A DNA stretch of 64,000 bases from an uncultured Saprospiraceae bacterium (GCA_964646615.1 CAZYEV010000006.1:951-64950), one strand, 5' to 3'. Positions 28,720 through 37,425 are shown, counted from the first letter of the stretch. Notes: generated by a model not told the origin, from the letters alone. A program made the numbers and translations.

Positions 28720-29556
28720 ATGAGCAAAAACAGCACCCCCACCGCACGAGAGCGCTTGCGCCGACGCCTGCACACCATCATTTTTGAAGCAGACACACCA
28801 GCCGGCAGGGCCTTCGATGTCGGCCTTTTAGTGGCTATCGTCATCAGTCTGCTGGTCGTTATTCTGGAAAGTATTCCATCCCTGGACCAGCAGTATGGCA
28901 CGTGGTTTTACGTAGCGGAATGGGTGCTCACGGTCCTGTTTACCCTAGAGTACTTGCTGCGCCTATACAGTGTGCGGAAGCCCTGGCTTTATGCGCGTAG
29001 CTTTTACGGCGTAGTGGATTTGCTCTCCATTCTGCCTACCTATCTGAGTCTGTTCGTGGAGGGGACGCAGCTGCTGCTGGCCGTACGGGTGCTGCGTCTG
29101 TTGCGGGTGTTTCGGATATTCAAGTTGGCGGGCTTCGTGCGAGAGGCGCGTCTGCTGATGCGAGCGCTGCGGGCCAGCCGCGGGAAAATTATCGTCTTCA
29201 TGCTCTTCGTTGTGCTTATGGTAACCGTCATTGGCTCCATCATGTACGTCATTGAGGGCGATACTAATCCGGCTTTTCAGAACATACCCATCAGTATTTA
29301 CTGGGCCATCGTAACCCTGACTACGGTGGGCTTTGGCGACATTACACCGCAGACCTATCTGGGGCGCTTCTTTTCGGCTGTGGTGATGATACTGGGCTAT
29401 GCCGTCATCGCCGTGCCGACGGGCGTGGTTACGATGGAAATGATGCGCCACCAGTCTACCACAACGCAGGCATGCCCTAACTGCAGCGCAGAAGGCCACG
29501 ACGACGACGCGCGCTATTGTAAATACTGCGGCAGCGCCCTGGAAGAAGAAACGTGA
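28720..29556 (+). CDS. Voltage-sensor-containing K+ channel (6-TM Kv-like) with a C-terminal zinc ribbon
   Basis: S4 helix with Arg/Lys every third residue (RVLRLLRVFRIFK), pore signature TLTTVGFGDITP, and a C-terminal CPNC-x11-CKYC. Confidence 0.8.
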   Translation: MSKNSTPTARERLRRRLHTIIFEADTPAGRAFDVGLLVAIVISLLVVILESIPSLDQQYGTWFYVAEWVLTVLFTLEYLLRLYSVRKPWLYARSFYGVVDLLSILPTYLSLFVEGTQLLLAVRVLRLLRVFRIFKLAGFVREARLLMRALRASRGKIIVFMLFVVLMVTVIGSIMYVIEGDTNPAFQNIPISIYWAIVTLTTVGFGDITPQTYLGRFFSAVVMILGYAVIAVPTGVVTMEMMRHQSTTTQACPNCSAEGHDDDARYCKYCGSALEEET

Positions 29557-29762
29557 GCATGGGCGGTGCTCTGGTCTTTCTCTCTCTGGTAGCATGGCGA
29601 CTTTTAACTGGTACGGGCAAAACCAAAAGTCGTTTGCCTCAGGCAGTGCGTGGTTTAAAGGCAATCTTTAAATATGATTGCCCTGAGGGGCAGTCAAAGA
29701 ACTGCGCCCAAAACTTTTTTGGTGTACCTTGCAGGCATATATCCAAAACCCACTGCCAGCTT

Positions 29763-30839
29763 ATGCGAAAGAAATCGAAAAAGCTGTCGAAAAGAAAAAT
29801 AGCGCAACTCTACGACCGCTTAGTCCGGCTGTTCCTCGGCTTCACGGAGGTGCCTCAGGGCGTCATCCGCTACTACACGCCAAAGAGCGTCTCCCAAATC
29901 GTGGACCTGTCTTCCTTAGAGCCGGTATCTTCGGCGCACATCAGCGGCCGTTTTGGCACCTCTTATAGCGACGTGATTTACCAGGCACGCCTCAAAAACG
30001 GCGACTCCGCACGCCTGCTTTTCCTCTTCGAGCACAAGAGCACCCGCCCAGATTATCCGGTGCATTTGCAACTCCTCGACTACATCAAACAACTGTGGGA
30101 AGACGACCTGCGCCACGGACGCCCACCCTCGCTCATCATTTCCATCGTGTTGTACCACGGCGAGCGCCCCTGGGTGCACAAGACGCTCATCGAGGAACTG
30201 TTTGGCAAGCCGCCCAGAAGCCTGCAGCCCTACCTTCCCAACTTCCGCTACATCGCCATCAACCTCAACGAGATGTCGGTGGAAGACATTTTGAAAAAGA
30301 CCCCGCCCGGCTATTTGCAAAACCTGTTTATTTTGCTGAAATTTGCCCGAAATTTGAATCAATTGGGCCAGCACTTGCCTTCTATATGGGCGGTGTTCAA
30401 AAAGCGCCTATTCGATATTCGGGCGCGCATGCTGGGTCAATCTACCGTTAACTACATCGAAAATTTGCTGGATATGAACGACATAAGTGTTTCCGAATGG
30501 ATGAAGCAACTGCCGTCTTTTGCGCGCGAGGCCTATGAGGAGATGCTCGCTGAGTATCGCCAGCGCGTATTGCCAGAAGAGATGGAAAAGGCAGAAATCA
30601 GAGGCATAGAAAAAGGCCGGAAAATGGGCCGCGAGGAAGGCCGCGAGGAAGGCCGCGAGCAAGGCCGCGAGCAAGGCCGTGAGGAAATGAAAAAGGTCTT
30701 CATTATCAACTTACTCACCGAAAACCCGGACTGGAGCGACGCCAGAATTGCCGCCCTGGCAGACACCACGGAAGAGCAGGTAGCCCTCATGCGCCAGCAA
30801 TTGGCATCAAGAAAAGGCGATCCTCCATCCGACAACTAA
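29763..30839 (+). CDS. Rpn-family (YhgA-like) PD-(D/E)xK recombination-promoting nuclease / putative transposase
   Basis: N-terminal nuclease core YSDVIY...LLFLFEHKS (D...ExK) with HLQLLDY and LYHGERPW segments typical of the Rpn/Transposase_31 family. ATG verified at 29763. Confidence 0.7.
   Translation: MRKKSKKLSKRKIAQLYDRLVRLFLGFTEVPQGVIRYYTPKSVSQIVDLSSLEPVSSAHISGRFGTSYSDVIYQARLKNGDSARLLFLFEHKSTRPDYPVHLQLLDYIKQLWEDDLRHGRPPSLIISIVLYHGERPWVHKTLIEELFGKPPRSLQPYLPNFRYIAINLNEMSVEDILKKTPPGYLQNLFILLKFARNLNQLGQHLPSIWAVFKKRLFDIRARMLGQSTVNYIENLLDMNDISVSEWMKQLPSFAREAYEEMLAEYRQRVLPEEMEKAEIRGIEKGRKMGREEGREEGREQGREQGREEMKKVFIINLLTENPDWSDARIAALADTTEEQVALMRQQLASRKGDPPSDN
30627..30686 (+). repeat. In-frame 12-nt tandem repeat x5 inside the Rpn gene
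   Basis: ggccgcgaggaa ggccgcgaggaa ggccgcgagcaa ggccgcgagcaa ggccgtgaggaa, encoding GREEGREEGREQGREQGREE. Confidence 0.95.
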
Positions 30840-30974
30840 GTACATGTGATGAGAGAGGCTGGGGAGAATTAACACTTCTGAAGCTGCCTTCTGGAGCCAT
30901 TTATGGCATTTGTTTTTAGATTCGATTGGCGTGGAGTGGTGTTACTCTTTGCGCCGCAATGTGCGCTCGAGTAC

Positions 30975-30982
30975 TACCTTTG
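30975..30982 (+). promoter_or_regulatory. Candidate -7 box (TAccTTTG) for the DUF58 gene
   Basis: tacctttg ends 21 nt before the ATG at 31004. Confidence 0.4.
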
Positions 30983-31003
30983 CCCGCCTAACGCGAGCCT
31001 GAT

Positions 31004-31945
31004 ATGGCAAATTTTCTGGAACAACAACAAGACATCCGCGCCTTAGGCAGCAACCTCGAACTGCTGGCGCGGCAGGTAGTGGAGGGGTTTATCGTAGGCA
31101 TGCACCGCAGCCCGTTTCATGGCTTTTCGGTTGAATTTGCCGAACACCGCCTCTACAACACGGGTGAAAGCACGCGCAACATTGACTGGAAGGTATATGC
31201 CCGCACCGACAAACTCTTTGTCAAGCGCTACGAGGAAGAAACCAACTTGCGCTGCCAGATAGTTGTGGATGCTTCCTCGACCATGTACTACCCCTGGGAT
31301 GCGCGCAACCCTGATAAACATAAGTACGAGAACAAATTCTGCTTTGCCGCTCAGGCGGCTGCCGCGCTCATGTACGCCCTGAAGCGGCAACGCGACGCCT
31401 TTGGCCTGACCCTGTTCGACGACGCCATCCGCGTGAATACGGCGTGCAAATCTACCACCCAGCACTACCAGCAATTACTGACCTTCTTAGCCGAACGCAT
31501 CGAAACCCCGCAACTTAACCGCGCCACCGACGTGGCCGGCACGCTGCACCATATCGCCGACAGTATCCATCGCCGCTCGCTGGTGATTATCTTCACCGAC
31601 GTCGTCGAGCGGCCCGAAGAAGCGGATAAACTCTTTTCGGCCCTCCAGCACCTGAAGCACAACAAACATGAGGTCATCCTCTTCCACGTATCCGACAAGC
31701 CGCGCGAGCTGGATTTTGAATTTGAAAACCGCCCGTACCTGTTCATAGACATGGAAACGGGCGAGCAGGTGCGCCTGCAGCCGTCGGAGGTGAAGGAGTT
31801 TTATACCAAACAGGTTGGGCGCTTCACCGAGCAGCTGCGCCTGCGCTGCTTGCAATACCACATTGATTTTGTGGAAGCCGACATCAATCGCGGCTTTGTA
31901 CCCATCCTGCAGACCTGGATGGCCAAGCGCGCTCGTATGCAGTGA
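31004..31945 (+). CDS. DUF58-family vWA-fold protein (MoxR-associated type)
   Basis: HRSPFHGFSVEFAEHRLYNTGESTRNIDWKVYARTDKLFVKRYEEE is the DUF58 signature region, followed by the MIDAS-like VVDASSTM. Confidence 0.8.
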   Translation: MANFLEQQQDIRALGSNLELLARQVVEGFIVGMHRSPFHGFSVEFAEHRLYNTGESTRNIDWKVYARTDKLFVKRYEEETNLRCQIVVDASSTMYYPWDARNPDKHKYENKFCFAAQAAAALMYALKRQRDAFGLTLFDDAIRVNTACKSTTQHYQQLLTFLAERIETPQLNRATDVAGTLHHIADSIHRRSLVIIFTDVVERPEEADKLFSALQHLKHNKHEVILFHVSDKPRELDFEFENRPYLFIDMETGEQVRLQPSEVKEFYTKQVGRFTEQLRLRCLQYHIDFVEADINRGFVPILQTWMAKRARMQ

Positions 31946-31957
31946 GTGATAGCGTCG

Positions 31958-34900
31958 CTATTCGCGTTTGAGGGCCAGTATCTTGATTTCTACGCGCTGG
32001 TTGAGCCTTCGCCCTTCAGGGGTGGCGTTGTTGGCGATGGGTTGGCGTTTTCCGTAACCTTTGTATGTAACGCGGCGGGGGTCAATGCCTTTCTGAATGA
32101 GGTAATCGGCTACGGCCTTAGCGCGTGCGGTGGAGAGGCGGTCGCAAAATTCGTCGGGTGGTATGTTGTTGGTATGGCCCCCGATTTCGATGACGATGTT
32201 GCCGTTTTCCTCCATGAAGTCGTAGAGTTCGTCCAGCGTGGGCAGGCACTCGGGCGTGAGGTTGAAGCTGTCGGCCTCGAAGCGCAGTTGCTCCATGCGG
32301 ATGGTTTGTCCGCTGCGCAGTACGTCGGCATTGAGTTCGGGCAGGATGCGCTTCTTTATCTCGACGGTTTTGGTTAGTTTGCAACCCATAGCGTCGGTGA
32401 GTGTAACGGTATGCGCGCCGAGTTTGAGTTTGGAGGCGGTGGCGGTGGTTTCGCCGCTGTCCCAGGCAATGGTGATGGGCGGCGTTCCACCGTTGATTTT
32501 GAGGGTGGCTTTGCCGTCGGCGCTGCGTTCGGTGGTGGCGCCTACAACGCGCGTTACTTCAGCCTCTAAGGGTGCCGGGCTGTTAACGACGACAACGGCA
32601 GCCTGTGTGGTACCCTGCGCATCCGTTACCGTGATGGTGTAAGAGCCGGGGGCTACGTTTTTGATTTCCAGTCCGTTCCAGCTGGCTTCGCTCCATTTGT
32701 GCTGGTAAGGCGGTTTGCCGCCAGTAATGGTGGCTTTGAGCGTGGCCATCTGGCCGGCGCAGAGGATGCGGTTCGTTTCTTCAATATTGACCGCGAAGGG
32801 CAGGATATTTTCAGGCACTTCAAGGGTGAACGTGGCGGTGCATCCGCGTTCGTCGGTTATGGTTACGGTGTGGGCGCCGGGGCTGAGATTTTCTACGGTG
32901 GGGGTTACTTCGCCGTTGTCCCAGGCGAAGGAGAGTTTGCCGGTGCCTCCGCGGCCTTCGGCGCGGGCTTTGCCGTCGCTTTTGCCGGTGCTGGCCGGCG
33001 CGAGGAGTACAGCAAAGGGAATGATGGCGGGTGGTTCCTTAATCTCAATAGAGGCGGAGACAGAACTGCGGCGGGCATCGGTTACAGTTACGGTATGACG
33101 GCCCGGGCCGGCATTCTCCGGTTGTTCACCGCTGAGCTCTTTGGTGTCCCACTTGTACACATAAGGCTTGATGCCGCCACTGGCATGTACGCGCAAGGTG
33201 GCTTTCTGCCCGTGGCAGGTGATAGGCGCCAGTTCGGAGATGTTGACGTTGAGGGGGAGCAGCGTTTCGCTTACGCTCACAGCGGCGGCGGTGGTGCAGC
33301 CGTTGGCGTCGGTAACGGTGAAGTTGAAGGTACCGACGCCCAGCCGGTAGGCGTTTTCGCCCACTTCGTCGTTTTGCCAGCGGATCTGGTAAGGCGGTGT
33401 TCCGCCGGAGATGATGGCCTGGGCGTTGCCGTTGTTTTGGCCAGGGTCAGCGGTGCGCAGGACTTTGGCCGTTGCCTTGAGGGTGTCGGGTTCGAGCACC
33501 TGGAAGGCCGTGGAGGTGCGCCCTCCGGCGGCGTCGGCCACAACGAGCTGATAGACGCCGGCGCGCACGTTGGTGGGCGTTTGCCCCTTCAGGTTGGGTT
33601 GCGCCCAGAGGAACTCGAAGGGCGGTTTGCCACCGCGCACGTCCACGCGCAGGCTGGTGGTGCCGCCGGCGCAAGGGATTTTGCCCGTTTCTTCGATGCG
33701 AATGGAAAGCGGCAGAATGTTTTCGGTCATGGTGAAATCCACCACCGTTTCGCAGCCGTTGTTGTCGGCCACGGTTACCTGGTGAGGGCCGGGATAAAGG
33801 CGTCGGGCCTGTTCGGTATATTCCTCACTATCCCAGCGGTACTGGTAAGGTGGGGTACCGCCTTGAGCTTTTACGGTAGCGCGTCCGTCGGCGCTGGCCA
33901 GGCCGGCGGGGGCATCCAAAGTTACGGAGGCTTTGACTGGCTCGGGCTGGCGCAGGGTGTAGGTGGCTGTAGCCTGATTGCCGGCGACGTCAGTGACGGT
34001 TACAGTGTAGGTGCCAGCCGCCACCTCTTCGGGCTGATAGCCAACCAGTTCCGGGCGGCTCCATTTGAATTGGAAGGGGCTTTTGCCGCCTTCCACGCTC
34101 ACCTCGAGGCTGGTTTTGCCTCCATAGCATTCGATGGGATGGGTTTCTTTGATGGCGGCCGACAGCGTCGGGATTTTTTCATCAATCACGACGCGGGCCG
34201 ACAGCGTGCAGCCGTTAGCGTCGGTAATCGTTACGCCGTGCTCGCCTGCAGTCAGGGCGGTAGCGGTCTGAGTCGTTTCGCCGTTGTCCCACGCGTACGA
34301 ATAGGGGGCGGTGCCGCCGCGGGCGGTAGCCTGGGCTTTGCCGTCGGCTTTGCCCAACAGGGCAGGTGCTTGCTGGGTGGCCACCACGCTCAGGGCGGCG
34401 GGCTGCGCCACGGTGATGCTGGTTACCGTGCGGCCGCCGAGGGCGTCCACTACCGTCAGCGTGTAAACGCCGGCGGCGACACCAGAGACTTGTGTGCCAC
34501 TGAATTTGGGGTTGCTCCATTCGTACTGGTACGGCTCTTTGCCCCCCTCCACCCGGACGCCCAAAATGGCGTTGCCCCCAAAGCAGGGGATGGGGGCGTT
34601 CTCTTCGATGCGAGCCGCTAAGGCTTCTATCTTGCGCCCGATGGTTACGCTGGCTACGGCCGTGCAGCCACGCTTGTCAGTAACAGTTACGGAGCGCGTT
34701 CCTTCGGAAAGGCGCACGGCGGGGTTGGTCGTCTCACCATTATCCCACTTGAAGCGGAAATCGGGTGTGCCGCCGCGCACTTTGGCCTCGGCGCTGCCGT
34801 CTTTGGCACCCAGAGCACTCTCTATCTTGCGCTGTTCGGCAGTGGCGCTCAGGCGCTTGTCTTCAATGGTAACCTTGCCCTGTTTGGACTTACCTGCGGC

Positions 34901-36001
34901 GTCTGTAACGGTAACGGTGTAAGCGCCGATGCTGACGTTCTTTGGGTTGGGGCCTTCCAGGCGCGCATCCGACCAGGCGTAGCGATACGGGGGCGTGCCG
35001 CCACTGACGTTCACGCGCACCACGGCATCGTCGCCAGCGCCCGTGCACGAGACCTCCTGTTCCACCGAGCAGTTGACCAACAGGGCCGAGGTTTTGCTGA
35101 TGAGGTAAACGCCCTTGTCGTCGGTACCTATCCAGATGCTGCCTTCGCTGTCGGCGGCAATGCAGCGGCCGTATTCGCTGGTGAAGTATTCGGCGCCGCT
35201 GAAGACCTCGAAGTCATCGGTCAGCAGGCTGTATCGGCTGGCGATGCGCGACAGGATCCACAGGTTGCCCTCCTGGTCGAGGTCGAAGTCTTCCGGCTCG
35301 CCCTCTAAGGCCTTGTCTTTAATGTTGATGGGTTGCCAGCGCTGGCCATTTTGGGCCAGCCAGAACTCGCCGTCGGCCAGCACGTAGATGTCGGTGCCCA
35401 ACTGGCGCACGCGCTGCACATTGTAACCTTCCAGTTCCAACTTCCAGCGATCGGGCGTGCCCACGAGCATGCCTTCGTTGGAGCCTACCCAGTAGCGTCC
35501 GGCGCGGTCGCGGAAGATGGTCGTGATGGTGTTGGTTTTCAATTTGGTGTTTGAGGAAGTGAATTTGGCCACCACTTTCAGGGCGGGTTTAGTGTTCACC
35601 TGAAAAAGGCCGTGTTGTTCGGTACCCAGCCACAGCCAGTCGCGGTCGCTGTCGTAGTAGGCGGCGGTTACTTTGGGCGATACGCCCAGCACCATTTGCA
35701 ATACTTCGGGCGTCCAGCGCACGTCGGCATTGCCGCCGGCAAATTGGAGAGCGCTCTGCTCACCGGTCGTGAGCGATACAGATACACCCAGGTCGCACGC
35801 CGACACGCGGTACAGTCCGGCGCTGCTGGAGACCCATTTGGTATTGTCAGCATCCACATGGATATGGTTGACGGAGGCGGAGCGGCTCACGGCACCGCAG
35901 CGCACTACTTGATAGGCCGATTTTTGGGCAAAAAGTGCAGAAGCGCTCAGTAATGACAGGAAGAAAAGCGACGAGCGTACGCGAGAGAAGGAAAGCGTCA
36001 T
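31958..36001 (-). CDS. 1347-aa surface protein: signal peptide, beta-propeller-like N-domain, 12 SprB-type repeats and a C-terminal OmpA-like peptidoglycan-binding domain
   Basis: MTLSFSRVRSSLFFLSLLSASALFAQ signal and Reg_prop-like WVSSSAGLYRV / YWVGSNEGMLV / IWIGTDDKGVYLI blades. Twelve repeats carry GGTxPYxYxW or GGKxPxxxxW. The OmpA end reads IEIGGHTNN...STARAKAV..YL...G....R....GYG...P. ATG verified at 36001. Confidence 0.85.
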   Translation of the reverse strand: MTLSFSRVRSSLFFLSLLSASALFAQKSAYQVVRCGAVSRSASVNHIHVDADNTKWVSSSAGLYRVSACDLGVSVSLTTGEQSALQFAGGNADVRWTPEVLQMVLGVSPKVTAAYYDSDRDWLWLGTEQHGLFQVNTKPALKVVAKFTSSNTKLKTNTITTIFRDRAGRYWVGSNEGMLVGTPDRWKLELEGYNVQRVRQLGTDIYVLADGEFWLAQNGQRWQPINIKDKALEGEPEDFDLDQEGNLWILSRIASRYSLLTDDFEVFSGAEYFTSEYGRCIAADSEGSIWIGTDDKGVYLISKTSALLVNCSVEQEVSCTGAGDDAVVRVNVSGGTPPYRYAWSDARLEGPNPKNVSIGAYTVTVTDAAGKSKQGKVTIEDKRLSATAEQRKIESALGAKDGSAEAKVRGGTPDFRFKWDNGETTNPAVRLSEGTRSVTVTDKRGCTAVASVTIGRKIEALAARIEENAPIPCFGGNAILGVRVEGGKEPYQYEWSNPKFSGTQVSGVAAGVYTLTVVDALGGRTVTSITVAQPAALSVVATQQAPALLGKADGKAQATARGGTAPYSYAWDNGETTQTATALTAGEHGVTITDANGCTLSARVVIDEKIPTLSAAIKETHPIECYGGKTSLEVSVEGGKSPFQFKWSRPELVGYQPEEVAAGTYTVTVTDVAGNQATATYTLRQPEPVKASVTLDAPAGLASADGRATVKAQGGTPPYQYRWDSEEYTEQARRLYPGPHQVTVADNNGCETVVDFTMTENILPLSIRIEETGKIPCAGGTTSLRVDVRGGKPPFEFLWAQPNLKGQTPTNVRAGVYQLVVADAAGGRTSTAFQVLEPDTLKATAKVLRTADPGQNNGNAQAIISGGTPPYQIRWQNDEVGENAYRLGVGTFNFTVTDANGCTTAAAVSVSETLLPLNVNISELAPITCHGQKATLRVHASGGIKPYVYKWDTKELSGEQPENAGPGRHTVTVTDARRSSVSASIEIKEPPAIIPFAVLLAPASTGKSDGKARAEGRGGTGKLSFAWDNGEVTPTVENLSPGAHTVTITDERGCTATFTLEVPENILPFAVNIEETNRILCAGQMATLKATITGGKPPYQHKWSEASWNGLEIKNVAPGSYTITVTDAQGTTQAAVVVVNSPAPLEAEVTRVVGATTERSADGKATLKINGGTPPITIAWDSGETTATASKLKLGAHTVTLTDAMGCKLTKTVEIKKRILPELNADVLRSGQTIRMEQLRFEADSFNLTPECLPTLDELYDFMEENGNIVIEIGGHTNNIPPDEFCDRLSTARAKAVADYLIQKGIDPRRVTYKGYGKRQPIANNATPEGRRLNQRVEIKILALKRE
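32348..35065 (-). repeat. Intragenic array of 12 diverged ~75-aa SprB-type repeats arranged as 6 alternating A/B pairs (about 456 nt per pair)
   Basis: A units: (I/V)xC.G......V.V.GGKxP(Y/F)x(Y/F)xW......G......V.AGxYT.TV.D. B units: DG.A.....GGT.PY.Y.WD.GE.T.....L..G.H.VT.TD..GC. Confidence 0.85.
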
Positions 36002-36198
36002 AGTTGTTTTGTGTGCGTGTGTGGAAGGCGCAGCCAGGGGTAATAAGTGGTCGTTCTGGCGGCCTTTCGTTGGGCGCGCAAAGTTCGCGCAAGGTTGGCC
36101 AAATGGCGGCAGATAAACGGATTTTGGCTGCCGGCATTGTGGGCGTTGGGCGGCAGGAAGGCGCGATTTGAGGCAATCTTCAGGCAAGGAAGTGCGCT

Positions 36199-37425
36199 TT
36201 AAAGGCGCATTTTCACCCGGCGGCCAGGCAGGCGCTCCCAGGCGGGCGAGGCGGCGTCAATGCCGCCGGGAGCCACTATCCACAGTACGGGTACGCGCGG
36301 TCGGACGAGAGGGGCCTCAGCGTAGCCGTCGGTGAAAAAAATCAGGCCGTCGGGGCGTTCGGCATTGGCCAGCTGAAGCGCGTCGTTGAAGTCGGTGCCG
36401 CCGCGGCCGCAGACGATTTCCGGCAGGCGCCCGCGGTAAGGGTAGCGCCGCTGCACGCGCGCGTCGGTCTCGACAATTTCGACCGCTGCGCCAGCGCGCC
36501 AGAGGTGGTACACTTCGCCGAAGAAGCGCTGAAGTTCTTGCTGGTCAATGCTGCCGGAGGTGTCAATGGCGGCCATCAGGCGGCGCTTGCGGCTGATTTG
36601 CAGGCCGGGCGAGGTGCCGTAGCGCTTGCTGGGGCGGCGTATGGTGTTGGTCAGGCGCGTTTGCGAGGCGCTGGCGGCAAACAGACGCAGCACGTATTGC
36701 CACGGCAGGCGGGCGGGTGGCTGGAGGGTTATCTCGCTCAGGGCTTCGCGCAGGGCACCGGGCAGTGTGCCCCACGAGCGGTCGCCGGTGCGGCGGCAGG
36801 CCGATTGGAGCAGCCCTTTAAGGTGCGTTTCGGCCACGGCGCGCTCCAGTTCGCTGCGCCCGCGGATGTCGCGCCAGGCTTTGTGGCGTTCCAGCCCATG
36901 TGCGTCGGATTGCAGGTTTTGCGGCAAAGTGCCCTGCTGGCCGTTGGCCGCTTCACTGCCGGCGGAACGGCGCAGTTCTTCCAGTTTTTTATAGTAATAA
37001 AACCACGTTTGGCCAGCTTCCAGGCGCAAGGCGCCAAAGGTGTCCAGAAACAGGCTGTCGTCGGGCAGCAGCTCGCGCTCGATGTATTGGTTGACCACCA
37101 GGTCGAATGCCACGTTGAGCAGCGTAGGGTCTAATGCAGGTTCGTTGACGAAGGGGTGGCGGAACACCAAGTGCAGCAGTTCGTGCTTCAGCACGCCATA
37201 GCGATGCCGGGGCTGGGTGAGCGTTTCATCCCAAAAGGCGGCGTTGATGTATAGCGTCAGCGAGTCGCGCCCCATGCCCACGCCTAAGGTCTCGACCGGA
37301 TGGCCCGGCCCAACAACGGCCTTGTTGAGGCTGCCGAGCAGGTGGGCATAAAACGGCTCGCGCAGCAGCAGCTCGACGCCCGTGCGCGATATTTCATCCA
37401 GAATGCGAAGCGTGGTTTGGGCCAT
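36199..37425 (-). CDS. Zincin-like metallopeptidase domain fused to a vWA-like domain (DUF2201-type)
   Basis: N-terminal HExxH in VLKHELLHLVFRHPF. The C-terminal vWA has the MIDAS motif AIDTSGS and GGTDFNDAL ... IFFTDGYA. Confidence 0.75.
   Translation of the reverse strand: MAQTTLRILDEISRTGVELLLREPFYAHLLGSLNKAVVGPGHPVETLGVGMGRDSLTLYINAAFWDETLTQPRHRYGVLKHELLHLVFRHPFVNEPALDPTLLNVAFDLVVNQYIERELLPDDSLFLDTFGALRLEAGQTWFYYYKKLEELRRSAGSEAANGQQGTLPQNLQSDAHGLERHKAWRDIRGRSELERAVAETHLKGLLQSACRRTGDRSWGTLPGALREALSEITLQPPARLPWQYVLRLFAASASQTRLTNTIRRPSKRYGTSPGLQISRKRRLMAAIDTSGSIDQQELQRFFGEVYHLWRAGAAVEIVETDARVQRRYPYRGRLPEIVCGRGGTDFNDALQLANAERPDGLIFFTDGYAEAPLVRPRVPVLWIVAPGGIDAASPAWERLPGRRVKMRL

Noticed and set aside
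29553-29762. N-terminal 70-aa extension of the Rpn ORF overlapping the K+ channel stop (similar extensions at 15974-16228, 3459-3746, 6390-6542, 31958-36187 and 37578-40283)
   Set aside because: The extensions lack family similarity and cross promoters or terminators or neighbouring genes. In each case an internal ATG followed by a signal peptide or the canonical family N-terminus was verified in the sequence.
29763-30839. Annotating the Rpn gene as an IS element or mobile element
   Set aside because: I could find no terminal inverted repeats or target-site duplication in the flanks (29557-29762, 30840-31003). Rpn proteins are not known to form classical IS units.
16229-31945. Interpreting batD and the DUF58 gene as a Bat aerotolerance operon
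   Set aside because: The two genes are 13 kb apart and separated by unrelated housekeeping genes. No batA, batB, batC or moxR is present in the window.
31949-31961. Palindrome atagcg-t-cgctat spanning the convergent stop codons of the DUF58 and giant genes, considered as a bidirectional terminator
   Set aside because: A 6-bp stem with a 1-nt loop cannot form a stable RNA hairpin, and there is no U-tract.
32699-34621. 640-aa ORF on the plus strand (plus several 100-140-aa ORFs nearby)
   Set aside because: It is antisense to the SprB-repeat region of the giant gene. Its Gly/Ala-rich repetitive translation mirrors the sense-strand repeats.
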